Shown in pieces: positions 52,601 to 63,300 of a stretch of 64,000 bases of DNA. The number at the start of each line of letters is the position of its first letter. Positions within the stretch are counted from its first letter, which is position 1. The position numbers and the translations under genes were made by a program. The DNA comes from Antedon mediterranea. Lineage: Eukaryota > Animalia > Echinodermata. Location: contig NC_092672.1 of assembly GCF_964355755.1 (NCBI RefSeq), positions 12,152,001-12,216,000 of the forward strand, given 5' to 3'. The notes beneath the pieces were generated by a model. That model worked only from the letters and a program-made list of their open reading frames with translations, was not told where the DNA came from and searched no databases.

Positions 52601-53105
52601 ACCGAGTTAATGATTATGTAATTGTCGTTGAAGGTATCATATTTCTTCATTATAAAAACTTTGGAAAGATTTAGTATCTTTTTGACGGGTGTTTTGTTTC
52701 ATAAATAATTTAAAGTCATCTGACAAGCTAGTATAACTGACCGCAAAGTCAGTTTACTGTATGTCTATTAATCCGCTGGATTCAGTGTTCAGTGTAAATA
52801 ATATATTTTAAAATTTGGATTGTATAATTATATAAATATAGTTTCTATACCTTATCGACGACGTTCACAAGATGTGGATATTTCTTGCATATTTCTTCAA
52901 TTTCTTTCAAGCCTTGTTTATATCTTACAGCTCTTAGCAATACGTATCTGAAAAAAAGAAGATAAAAATGCATTTCTGGCAAGAATACTCGAACGATGAT
53001 GTTGATATCTATTTATAACATTAAAAGTTTGTAGGATATAAAATGTAAAGCTTTAAAATGCAGTCCTCCACAATTTGAAGATATAACTTACCGGTACTCA
53101 TCCAT
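22102..53105 (-). CDS. Multi-exon ROCO-family gene: ankyrin repeats - Roc GTPase - COR - tandem DED-like; no kinase domain; 26 coding exons, ~1306 aa
   Basis: Manual splicing gives GT-AG introns with consistent phases and a 3921-nt stop-free CDS. Motifs: GxTPLH ankyrin repeats, P-loop GKEGAGKTS, G2 STDG, G3 WDYAGQ, G4 ATHMD, COR-type VPFKWL / YLNDIGAIMY / FLVPC, and a C-terminal helical death-fold pair. Confidence 0.88.
23221..25559. mobile_element. Non-autonomous hAT (hAT5-like) DNA transposon in the last ROCO intron
   Basis: Perfect 16-bp TIR cagggctgcaaattaa/ttaatttgcagccctg; 5-bp TSD gaaaa; no transposase ORF recognised. Confidence 0.78.
25605..25643 (-). CDS. Possible 39-nt ROCO linker mini-exon (RSCVEPATLHYR)
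   Basis: ttttcag/gtag, phase 1-1, open; not required to keep the frame. Confidence 0.5.
25766..26534 (+). mobile_element. Long HINE/DINE-1-like element
   Basis: Same termini and microsatellite blocks as 14456-15210. Confidence 0.75.
26949..27023 (-). CDS. ROCO linker exon
   Basis: tttttacag/gtaagt, 75 nt, phase 1-1. Confidence 0.72.
27205..27409 (-). CDS. ROCO exon, Cys/His-rich COR C-terminus (LCTVCDPNKHHLHNLKRC)
   Basis: tag/gtacg, phase 0-1. Confidence 0.82.
27496..27600 (-). CDS. ROCO exon, COR-B
   Basis: cag/gtaat, 105 nt, phase 0-0, open frame. Confidence 0.8.
27856..28158 (-). CDS. ROCO exon, COR (FLVPC...FLPDAVYHTLV)
   Basis: cag/gtata, COR-B start motif. Confidence 0.87.
28792..28938 (-). 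CDS. ROCO exon, COR (KGILEEKLLRYLW...MKEFRLL)
   Basis: cag/gtaag, COR GIL...W motif. Confidence 0.87.
29042..29236 (-). CDS. ROCO exon, COR-A (ALTYLNDIGAIMY)
   Basis: COR LxYLxDxGxIxY motif. Confidence 0.9.
29865..30110 (-). CDS. ROCO exon, Roc end / COR start (YMVDN...VPFKWL)
   Basis: Open frame, phase 0-0, COR VPxxW motif. Confidence 0.88.
30266..30457 (-). CDS. ROCO exon, Roc G4 (FWIRSI...PPICLVATHMD)
   Basis: Roc-type WxxSI and VxTHxD motifs. Confidence 0.9.
30572..30661 (-). CDS. ROCO exon, Roc (FFLTNRVSYCVAFN)
   Basis: FFLT motif directly follows G3; phase 0-0. Confidence 0.88.
31029..31237 (-). CDS. ROCO exon, Roc G3 (TTIWDYAGQLDYYITHR)
   Basis: Canonical Roc WDxAGQxxYYxTH motif. 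Confidence 0.92.
31577..31750 (-). CDS. ROCO exon, Ser/Glu-rich Roc insertion
   Basis: cag/gttgg, 174 nt, phase 1-1, open frame. Confidence 0.72.
32208..32360 (-). CDS. ROCO exon, Ser/Thr-rich Roc insertion
   Basis: cag/gtttg, 153 nt, phase 1-1, open frame. Confidence 0.72.
32538..32708 (-). CDS. ROCO exon, Roc insertion (helical, then Ser-rich)
   Basis: cag/gtatg, phase 1-1, open frame. Confidence 0.8.
33097..33200 (-). CDS. ROCO exon, Roc switch I (FKSNEPSTDGIAI)
   Basis: STDG G2 motif; tag/gtaag, phase 2-1. Confidence 0.9.
33916..34072 (-). CDS. ROCO exon, Roc N-terminus with P-loop (PVEILARG...CMFLGKEGAGKTS)
   Basis: PxEI pre-Roc motif and Walker A motif; phase 1-2. Confidence 0.92.
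34306..34387 (-). CDS. ROCO exon, ankyrin C-cap (RGQTPASALKDSHISKEKKNTILELLD)
   Basis: tag/gtaag, phase 0-1, GQTP motif. Confidence 0.8.
34435..35015 (+). mobile_element. Helitron family H, internally deleted copy
   Basis: Starts A|TCTATATATAAATTTACG; reverse complement of blocks in the other copies; 3' CTAG end degraded. Confidence 0.7.
35351..36010 (-). mobile_element. Possible second non-autonomous Helitron-like family, degraded
   Basis: actagcagcaacccgtgctccgca terminus resembles a Helitron 3' end; the other end is unclear. Confidence 0.35.
36240..36347 (-). CDS. Ankyrin repeat exon A6 (EGNTPLHEHVGTGTSGKIEIVNSLIAHGASLKARNK)
   Basis: 108 nt, phase 0-0, cag/gtac. Confidence 0.88.
37109..37213 (-). 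CDS. Ankyrin repeat exon A5 (DGDTPLHKHVWYGEGNVEIVNSLIAHGASITATNN)
   Basis: 105 nt, phase 0-0, cag/gtaa. Confidence 0.88.
37915..38019 (-). CDS. Ankyrin repeat exon A4 (KGNTPLHVHFRFADGNVEIVNSLIAHGASITATNN)
   Basis: 105 nt, phase 0-0, cag/gtaa. Confidence 0.88.
38418..38522 (-). CDS. Ankyrin repeat exon A3 (identical to A2)
   Basis: 105 nt, phase 0-0; part of a 377-bp tandem duplication. Confidence 0.8.
38795..38899 (-). CDS. Ankyrin repeat exon A2 (NGNTPLHAHVELGRGNIEIVNSLIAHGALIKAANN)
   Basis: 105 nt, phase 0-0, cag/gtaa. Confidence 0.85.
41502..41606 (-). CDS. Ankyrin repeat exon A1 (DGNTPLHEHVHFGRGNIEIVNSLIAHGASITATNN)
   Basis: 105 nt, phase 0-0, cag/gtaa, ankyrin consensus. Confidence 0.88.
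42910..44679 (-). mobile_element. Non-autonomous Helitron, family H near-complete copy, inside the 5' LTR
   Basis: A|TC...CTAG|T termini; hairpin agatggtacgc...gcgtaccatct. Confidence 0.83.
44289..44604 (+). mobile_element. tRNA-derived SINE nested in a Helitron
   Basis: A box tggccgagcgg, B box ggttcgaggc, non-tRNA body, (atttca)n tail; absent from the other Helitron copies. Confidence 0.8.
45166..51731 (+). pseudogene. BEL/Pao gag-pol polyprotein, disrupted
   Basis: Three Cys/His knuckles (CPLH..HPLVDC, CFRC..HMARNC, CGEC..HPTAFH); protease site ILNDQS (catalytic Asp apparently replaced by Asn); RT KIRVVFD/YVDD; RNase H FSDAS/IPRLELC; integrase SDCGTNF/GGSWERM. Stops at 45766 and ~48470, frameshifts near 47.7-47.9 kb and ~50900, and a MITE insertion. 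Confidence 0.92.
45954..46897. mobile_element. MULE-like MITE inserted in BEL gag
   Basis: ~140-bp TIR; 9-bp TSD ggcctggac/ggcctgaac; removing it restores the gag frame HEAW-TELEDRFG. Confidence 0.85.
52023..52407 (+). mobile_element. Helitron family H 5' fragment truncating the 3' LTR
   Basis: A|TCTATATATAAATTTACG start; reverse complement of ~43975-44679 without the SINE. Confidence 0.8.
52851..52947 (-). CDS. ROCO exon 2, ankyrin N-cap (YVLLRAVRYKQGLKEIEEICKKYPHLVNVVDK)
   Basis: Polypyrimidine-cag acceptor, gtat donor, ends in phase 0 with VNVVDK, typical of the linker before a GxTPLH repeat. Confidence 0.75.
53092..53105 (-). CDS. ROCO coding exon 1 (MDEYR, start codon); exon extends as 5' UTR to ~53149
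   Basis: tttttcag acceptor at 53150, ATG GAT GAG TAC CG|gtaag; phase 2 matches the next exon. Confidence 0.65.
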
Positions 53106-54045
53106 TGAAAAAAATGCACTCTATGTAGTTGCCAATCATTCAGTGGTTGCTGAAAAATGAATCGTAAAATTTAAGAATATAATTTCTAATATTGAAAAAT
53201 GAATAGAAAACATATATTAATTTTGTATATTATTATTATATTTTTAGTGGGCCTACCAGAAAAACGGCTTTGCTGTAGTACAGTATATCATGTCATTTAC
53301 AATAATAGTATTATATTTGTAAAAACATGGTACCAACTATTTAATGGAACCATGTAAGTATATATACATTTTTCAAGTTTGTATTTGAGCACAAAATGAT
53401 TTTAATTCTCGGTTGGAGATAAACAGTATAATTTATATTAAATCTTAAAAACGTTGTGGTTTTTAGCGAATGTGTATTGCACTTTGTTTGTAGTAATATT
53501 TTCTTAATTTACAAACGTACAGACAAGTTTTCAAAAATGCATCAAAGCAGGAATATTCGGTTGATGTTGTTAAGTATGAACTTTACGAAACACGACGGAA
53601 GCCACAGGAGCGGTGCTCATGAATAGTTTATTTATGAGCTCTAACAAAGTAAAATTCTGTCGTCTTAACCTTTTGAAGACGAAAAAGTTGCCATTTTCCC
53701 GTTTACGGAGAACGACTAGAAATAATGTGCATATAACATTAAATGTACAGTTCAAATTACACTTAAACGTGGAAATTTGAAAATTCTAAATAATCTTTGA
53801 ACTTCTAATTTAATTGTTAAATAAAAAAAATAACATTTTTATTGGGTTAAAATGTCTGTATTAAAAGCATTCTGCGCGGCGTTTGAATGCAAGGCTCAGC
53901 ATATGCTGTTCCATTAGAGCCAAGCGATTTGGAAGGGTTCACGCCACGAGAAAGGCGAGGGAGAGAGATTTTGCCGGTTGTCGTCTTTGCGCGCGCAATA
54001 AATAATAAAACGGCTACTGTAAGTTGACTGTGCTTTTAAACTTTA

Positions 54046-54249
54046 AACCTGTTTTCCTGTCGACGTTATTCGACGCTATCGTCGTTGATCGTTAACAGTT
54101 CAACGACGATCGTTTGAAAACGATGAAGTTGAAATTATGACAATAGCGAGTACCTTTTCCTGTAAATCGTTAACATTTCAATGTTTACGTAGATGATTGC
54201 CGATTGTTGTTAACGATAGCGTCGACTAACGTCGACAGGAAAGCAGGTT
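54046..54249. mobile_element. PIF/Harbinger (Tourist)-like MITE upstream of the ROCO gene
   Basis: ~35-bp imperfect TIR aacctgttttcctgtcgacgttattcgacgctatcgt; TTA on both flanks. Confidence 0.7.
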
Positions 54250-54317
54250 TTAGCAAACACATGATATATTTAAATAACACATTTGATCATATCAATAACA
54301 ATAAAATAAATTTAACT

Positions 54318-57300
54318 TAAAATAAATTTAACAATTCAATATTCAATAACAATATTCAGCAATTTTAAGCTATAGATACGAAATTGCATTACAGAATATT
54401 TAGATTATTGTTTTATACCAAAATAATAATATTTGGAAGTTTGATTTCGTATTATTTACATTGTGTTTAGGTCTACTTATTTACTACATAAAAAAGTTGG
54501 TCGGAGATTTTTTGGGGGGTTTTTTCCCCTCTAAATCTCATTTCCTTGTCTCTTAAGTTATTCTGCATTTGAACTTATTTTTTGGGTTTTCATAATCTTT
54601 TTCCATCGTATTTATTTATATTTAGTTTTATTATTTACTCCTTGTGTTTTATTTGACTGCACCACAGTTTTTTGTAATTCGCTATCGTTCTAAACGGTAG
54701 TATCCTAAATGCATGCATAAATAAATAAATCAAGAGGATTCATACACATCTATTTCTGTTATATTTTTGGATCTTGTGATCTGAATGTATAGACTGATAA
54801 GACAACAGCACGGTCAGTACCAGGCACTAGTATTACGTACGGTAGTGGTATTATTATTCACGAAAAACGTGGCACAAGCATCGACATGACAGAAAACTTA
54901 ATTGTTTTATTGTATAAGTTTGAATGTTGAATGTTAGAATATGTTCCATTGTTTCCAACTGATCGAAACGTGTATTTATTAATAAACCCATGATCGGTTA
55001 TTTGATACGAATGTTATATTTGTGAAGGTACCATTCCGAATTCATTAAGTGTCAAGACAAGAAATCGGTGAGCACCATGTTGCAATAAGCAGAATTAGTT
55101 CTTTTTTCGAATTCAATATTTGGATTCAATTCTTTCGATATGTCATTGCCAGAGTGACAATTATATTTGACTACATGTCAACATTGTGCCTGTATCTGTC
55201 ACTCCGTGTGGACGATATGTATCTAGCTTACAACATTTATTTTCAAAGTTATGAGTACATCTGTGGGCAATTATAAAAGTTATTTTTTATTTCGTAAACA
55301 TTTCAAAACATTTAGGACAGCCTAAGAATTGGGCGATGATGTAATATACCCCAGTTTTCAATATGTTGCTAATCTATAGTAGATAATATGTTATGTTAAC
55401 TGTTTATTGTAATTCATCATTACATTTTCAAAACAGTAATTATAAATCACAAATTTAAAATTGTCGGTAACTAAATTATATAACCAACCGTACCAATTGC
55501 TATTTTTAATAGACTATGTCATTTACAATCAATTGTATTTGTTTTTAGAAACAATTTAAACATTATAATTTAACTCTAAACTATAACGAACATCCTGTGG
55601 AATAATTTAAAGTTCATCTACTGTAAAATTAAATATATTGTGATTTATTTATCATTATAAAATTGTTTATAAAATATATTGATTTAGTGTTTTGAGAAAT
55701 GTTTTCGTCTAACGAATCTGTAAAAATTACACGGTCCGCTAAGAGACCTTTTAGGCTTACCAATCTATAATAGAAAATGTAATTTTTATTTTACTGTCCG
55801 TTATCTGTTTATGAGAAGTTTCACCAATTAGGCCTACTTGTCTACTAAGTAATACATTGTTTTGCTCTATTTTGAATTTAGTAGGCCTATAACATTATGT
55901 TCAAAACAGGTGGAAATTCACTTTTTATATATTTTATAAACATTTAAATTACGTTTATTCATTCTTTCAAAACGTAATATATAATGTATTGATGTGTTCG
56001 TCGTCTACGCATCCTGTCTTTATCTGCTTACAAAGGAATGCAAAATGGCTACCGTATTCCTAATTTAGGTCAACATTAAGACTTGTTATCGTACATAATA
56101 GAGTGTGTAATCTTACAGTAATCTCTCATGATTATATGTTTACGGTAATACAGTATTTCAATAAAATAAATACTTACAATTCATCTTATAAGTAAATATG
56201 ATTATTCCTTATTTCAAATCCTTTATTTCTCCATAAGTTGCCGTGTATGTGTACGACTTGCACAATACCAATAACACTGACTGTGACTAGATTTGTACAG
56301 AGAATACCGAGTATATTTGTTCGCTCAAAAACATAAAAGAAATGGAAATTGGAAATGGAATGCTGAATAAACACAACAGGTAGTAGATCTGAATAACAAT
56401 ACAATCCTATAGCTAGAATTCCATTAAAACAGCCTTTGATTTTTAATTCTTACTCAATTTACTGATAAAGAGTACGTTATTATTAGCATTGGTAATAGAG
56501 TGCTTGGTTCATTTATTTTAATGGAGAAAATGATGCAAAGGTAACATTTCAAACAAGTTTGATAATATTATGACTAGGCCTGACTTAAAGAACCTTTAGA
56601 ATAATCATAATTATATTTCTATTTTAAAGTTGAGATAACTCAGTGTCAATAATCTACGTTTTTTTTTTAATACTTATAAAATCAAATTAATCCATGTTTT
56701 TAGTAAAAAGAACTTTGCGAATAAGAAAATTTTTATAGAGAAATATTTTTAAGAAAAATAATTTAATAAAAATAAAGTATATAAAAATAAGAAATCAAGT
56801 AAAGTACGACTTTAAGAGTATTTAAATGGTTATTAAAACACTTTACAAATGAATCAGTAATTAGTCATCTTGTTAACTAAGGTAACCTATTATGTATCCA
56901 ATCATGCACACATGTACCTCCCAGTCTATTCTAGTAACAAAATGTGTACATGACCTTTAAACTCTAACTGTTCTTTATGCCCTAAAACACTCAATTACAT
57001 ATGGGTCGTAACTGCATTGCATTAGCATTCGCACTTTATAGAAACAGATCACAGATCAGCAAACAGGTATTTTGTGCCAATACAAAAGGCAGCAAAACAA
57101 ATAATATAGGTGAAATCTCAGTGAATCGAAACACACTATTACTGTGGAATATATTAATTTCAACTCAATGGGTTTAACAAATGACTTAGCTGATATTGTA
57201 AAGACCAAACATATACAGGAAAAGAAACACAACTGTTTTGTATAGTTATATATAAGCACCGTTAAATTAAATGTTTGATAAATTTTCTAAGAACATCTAT

Positions 57301-60300
57301 GCCGGGATCTATGCAAAACAAAACAATTACTGTGTGTCGGGCGTTAACGTACTGTAATCGATTATCATACGTTTTATGTGTCAAGTGGTTAAAATAAGAA
57401 ATTGACATTTAGTTTAGGTTCAAGTTTAATTTTAATTTTTAAGTAAAAAGCAATTGTTCTTCAAAATGATTCTTCATTTGTTTGAAATACATACCATATA
57501 TTTTAAATATAATATAATAATAAATAGATATGTGTATATTTATTGAACATAATTTCCAGACAAATTTTAGTTAGGCCTGCATTGTTTTAAAAATGCTAAC
57601 GTTAGCTAATAGTTAGCCATAAACCTAGTAGGTGTGAGTTATGGTAAAGTTAATCTGTACATTGTAGTCACGTGTCAGAGAAAAGATGTTAGATAGAAAT
57701 GGTCCGTTAAATGGTTAAAGTTATTCTGCTCTACAATGTATACATGTAGGAATCTACTAGTATTCATATGTCTCATTTTTAAACCTGTGTCGCACTACAA
57801 TTTCTTCTAGAACCAGTAGACACGGTGCAGTGGAAGACAAAAACAATTATGAAACGTAAAAATAATGTTATGTTTGTTATTAAAATGTGGTGACAAAGGT
57901 GACAAGAATGAGGAAAAAGAGAGCTCGATATCATCATGTGCATTCTTCTTTTTAAAATTACGGTCTGTTAAAAATTTTGAATTTCATTTCAAAGAAGATT
58001 CAATTACTCATACATGTTGTGCCATTGATTCATTAATGTACGTACTGTCAGTAAGGCTGCGCTGTAATTAATTACTCATATATACATGTTGTACCATTGA
58101 TTCATTAATGTACGTACTGCTGTCAGTAAGGCTGAGCTGTAATTAATTACTCATACATCTTGTACCATTGATTCATTAATGTACGTACTGCTGTCAGTAA
58201 GGCTGAGCTGTAATTAATTACTCATACATGTTGTACCATTGATTCATTAATGTACGTACTGCTGTCAGTAAGGCTGAGCTGTAATTAATTACTCATACAT
58301 CTTGTACCATTGATTCATTAATGTACGTACTGCTGTCAGTAAGGCTGAGCTGTAATTAATTACTCATACATCTTGTACCATTGATTCATTAATGTACGTA
58401 CTGTCAGTAATGCTGAGCTGTAATTAATTACTCATACATCTTGTACCATTGATTCATTAATGTACGTACTGCTGTCAGTAAGGCTGAGCTGTAATTAATT
58501 ACTCATACATGTTGTACCATTGATTCATTAATGTACGTACGTACTTTCAGTAAGGCTGAGCTGTAATTAATTACTCGTACATCTTGTACCATTGATTCAT
58601 TAATGTACGTACTGCTGTCAGTAAGGCTGAGCTGTAATTAATTACTCATACATCTTGTACCATTGATTCATTAATGTACGTACTGCTGTCAGTGAGGCTG
58701 AGCTGTAATTAATTACTCATACATCTTGTACCATTGATTCATTAATGTACGTAGGCCCTACTGCTGTCAGTAAGGCTGAGCTGTAATTAATTACTCATAC
58801 ATCTTGTACCATTGATTCATTAATGTACGTACTGCTGTCAGTAAGGCTGAGCTGTAATTAATTACTCATACATCTTGTACCATTGATTCATTAATGTACG
58901 TACTGCTGTCAGTAAGGCTGAGCTGTAATTAATTACTCATACATGTTGTACCATTGATTCATTAATGTACGTACTGCTGTCAGTAAGGCTGAGCTGTAAT
59001 TAATTACTCATACATCTTGTACCATTGATTCATTAATGTACGTACTGCTGTCAGTAAGGCTGAGCTGTAATTAATTACTCATACATCTTGTACCATTGAT
59101 TCATTAATGTACGTACTGTCAGTAATGCTGAGCTGTAATTAATTACTCATACATCTTGTACCATTGATTCATTAATGTACGTACTGCTGTCAGTAAGGCT
59201 GAGCTGTAATTAATTACTCATACATGTTGTACCATTGATTCATTAATGTACGTACGTACTTTCAGTAAGGCTGAGCTGTAATTAATTACTCGTACATCTT
59301 GTACCATTGATTCATTAATGTACGTACTGCTGTCAGTAAGGCTGAGCTGTAATTAATTACTCATACATCTTGTACCATTGATTCATTAATGTACGTACTG
59401 CTGTCAGTGAGGCTGAGCTGTAATTAATTACTCATACATCTTGTACCATTGATTCATTAATGTACGTAGGCCCTACTGCTGTCAGTAAGGCTGAGCTGTA
59501 ATTAATTACTCATACATCTTGTACCATTGATTCATTAATGTACGTACTGCTGTCAGTAAGGCTGAGCTGTAATTAATTACTCATACATCTTGTACCATTG
59601 ATTCATTAATGTACGTACTGCTGTCAGTAAGGCTGAGCTGTACTTAAATACTCATACATCTTGTACCATTGATTCATTAATGTACGTACTGCTGTCAGTA
59701 AGGCTGCGCTGTAATTAAATACTCGTACATCTATGTACCATTGATTCATTAATGAACTTACTGCTGTCAGTAAGGCTGCGCTGTAATTAAATACTCATAC
59801 ATCTTGTACCATTGATTCATTAATGTACGTACTACTGTCAGTAAGGCTGAGCTGTAATTAATTACTCATACATCTTGTACCATTGATTCATTAATGTACG
59901 TACTACTGTCAGTAAGGCTGAGCTGTAATTAATTACTCATACATCTTGTACCATTGATTCATTAATGTACGTACTGCTGTCAGTAAGGCTGAGCTGTAAT
60001 TAATTACTCATACATCTTGTACCATTGATTCATTAATGTACGTACTGCTGTCAGTAAGGCTGAGCTGTAAAATAATTACTCATACATCTTGTACCATTGA
60101 TTCATTAATGTACGTACTGCTGTCAGTAAGGCTGCGCTGTAATTAATTACTCATACATCTTGTACCATTGATTCATTAATGTACGTACTGCTGTCAGTAA
60201 GGCTGAGTTGTAATTAATTACTCATACATCTTGTACTATTGATTCATTAATGTACGTACTGCTGTCAGTAAGGCTGAGCTGTAATTAATTACTCATACAT

Positions 60301-63300
60301 CTTGTACTATTGATTCATTAATGTACGTACTGCTGTCAGTAAGGCTGAGCTGTAATTAATTACTCATACATCTTGTACCATTGATTCATTAATGTACGTA
60401 CTGTCAGTAAGGCTGAGCTGTAATTAATTACTCGTACATCTTGTACCATTGATTCATTAATGTACGTACTGTCAGTAAGGCTGAGCTGTAATTAATTACT
60501 CATACATCTTGTACCATTGATTCATTAATGTACGTACTGTCAGTAAGGCTGAGCTGTAATTAATTACTCGTACATCTTGTACCATTGATTCATTAATGTA
60601 CGTACTCCTGTCAGTAAGGCTGAGCTGTAATTAATTACTCATACATCTTGTACCATTGATTCATTAATGTACGTACTGCTGTCAGTAAGGCTGAGTTGTA
60701 ATTAATTACTCATACATATTGTACCATTGATTCATTAATGTACGTACTACTGTCAGTAAGGCTGAGCTGTAATTAATTACTCATACATCTTGTACCATTG
60801 ATTCATTAATGTACGTACTACTGTCAGTAAGGCTGAGCTGTAATTAATTACTCATACATCTTGTACCATTGATTCATTAATGTACGTACTGCTGTCAGTA
60901 AGACTGAGCTGTAATTAATTACTCATACATCTTGTACCATTGATTCATTAATGTACGTTCTACTGTCAGTAAGGCTGAGCTGTAATTAATTACTCATACA
61001 TCTTGTACCATTGATTCATTAATGTACGTACTGCTGTCAGTAAGGCTGAGCCGTAATTAATTACTCATACATCTTGTACCATTGATTCATTAATGTACGT
61101 ACTACTGTCAGTAAGGCTGAGCTGTAATTAATTACTCATACATCTTGTACCATTGATTCATTAATGTATGTACTGTCAGTAAGGCTGAGCTGTAATTAAT
61201 TACTCATACATCTTGTACCATTGATTCATTAATGTACGTACTGTCAGTAAGGCTGAGCTGTAATTAATTACTCATACATCTTGTACCATTGATTCATTAA
61301 TGTACGTACTGCTGTCAGTAAGGCTGAGCTGTAATTAATTACTAATACATCTTGTACCATTGATTCATTAATGTACGTACTGCTGTCAGTAAGGCTGAGC
61401 TATAATTAATTACTCATACATCTTGTAACATTGATTCATTAATGTACGTACTGCTGTCAGTAAGGCTGAGCTGTGATTAATTACTCATACATCTTGTACC
61501 ATTGATTCATTAATGTACGTACTGCTGTCAGTAAGGCTGAGCTATAATTAATTACTCATACATCTTGTACCATTGATTCAATAATGTACGTACTGCTGTC
61601 AGTAAGGCTGAGCTGTAATTAATTACTCATACATCTTGTACCATTGATTCATTAATGTACGTACTGCTGTCAGTAAGGCTGAGCTGTAATTAATTACTCA
61701 TACATCTTGTACCATTGATTCATTAATGTACGTACTGTCAGTAAGGCTGAGCTGTAATTAATTACTCATGCATCTAGTACCATTGATTCATTAATGTACG
61801 TACTGTCAGTAAGGCTGAGTTGTAATTAATTACTCATACATATTGTACCATTGATTCATTAATGTACGTACTACTGTCAGTAAGGCTGAGCTGTAATTAA
61901 TTACTCATACATCTTATACCATTGATTCATTAATGTACGTACTGTCAGTAAGGCTGAGCTGTAATTAATTACTCATACATCTTGTACCATTGATTCATTA
62001 ATATACGTACTGTCAGTAAGGCTGAGCTGTAATTAATTACTCATACATCTTGTACCATTGATTCATTAATGTACGTACTGCTGTCAGTAAAGCTGAGCTG
62101 TAATTAATTACTCATACATGTTGTACCATTGATTCATTAATGTACGTACTGCTGTCAGTAAGGCTGAGCTGTAATTAATTACTCATACATCTTGTACCAT
62201 TGATTCATTAATGTACGTACTGCTGTCAGTAAGGCTGAGCTGTAATTAATTACTCATACATGTTGTACCATTGATTCATTAATGTACGTACTGCTGTCAG
62301 TAAGGCTGAGCTGTAATTAATTACTCGTACATCTTGTACCATTGATTCATTAATGTACGTACTGCTGTCAGTAAGGCTGCGCTGTAATTAATTACTCATA
62401 CATCTTGTACCATTGATTCATTAATGTACGTACTGCTGTCAGTAAGGCTGAGCTGTAATTAATTACTCATACATCTTGTACCATTGATTCATTAATGTAC
62501 GTACTGCTGTCAGTAAGGCTGAGCTGTAATTAATTACTCATACATGTTGTACCATTGATTCATTAATGTACGTACTGCTGTCAGTAAGGCTGCGCTGTAA
62601 TTAATTACTCATACATCTTGTACCATTGATTCATTAATGTACGTACTGCTGTCAGTAAGGCTGAGCTGTAATTAATTACTCATACATCTTGTACCATTGA
62701 TTCATTAATGTACGTACTGCTGTCAGTAAGGCTGAGCTGTAATTAATTACTCATACATGTTGTACCATTGATTCATTAATGTACGTACTGCTGTCAGTAA
62801 GGCTGCGCTGTAATTAATTACTCATACATCTTGTACCATTGATTCATTAATGTACGTACTGCTGTCAGTAAGGCTGAGCTGTAATTAATTACTCATACAT
62901 CTTGTACCATTGATTCATTAATGTACGTACTGCTGTCAGTAAGGCTAAGCTGTAATTAATTACTCATACATGTTGTACCATTGATTCATTAATGTACGTA
63001 CTGCTGTCAGTAAGGCTAAGCTGTAATTAATTTCAGTCGCCATTGTTAAACCTTCCCATCATCTTCGTTTTTCATTTCAAGCACAAGATGGCGCACTACG
63101 ACTAATTAGAATAGTTATAATATAAGTAGGCGTCACTTACTTATCCCTCTACGTTCAAATATCTTCTGAACGATTCAGCCCGCAAGAGGGCTCTATATAA
63201 ATTTGATATACCATATGTACTTTATTCAAAATGGGTTTTTTGTCGCATAGCGTCTTTTTGTCGAATTCTTGAAATCTTTTGATATTCTTTAAACGGATAT

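Noticed and set aside
22102-53105. Naming the gene LRRK1/2, DAPK1 or MFHAS1
   Set aside because: No kinase or LRR exons were found and the architecture differs, so no symbol is assigned.
58002-63028. CRISPR array
   Set aside because: Head-to-tail units with no unique spacers, no cas genes, and a eukaryotic context.
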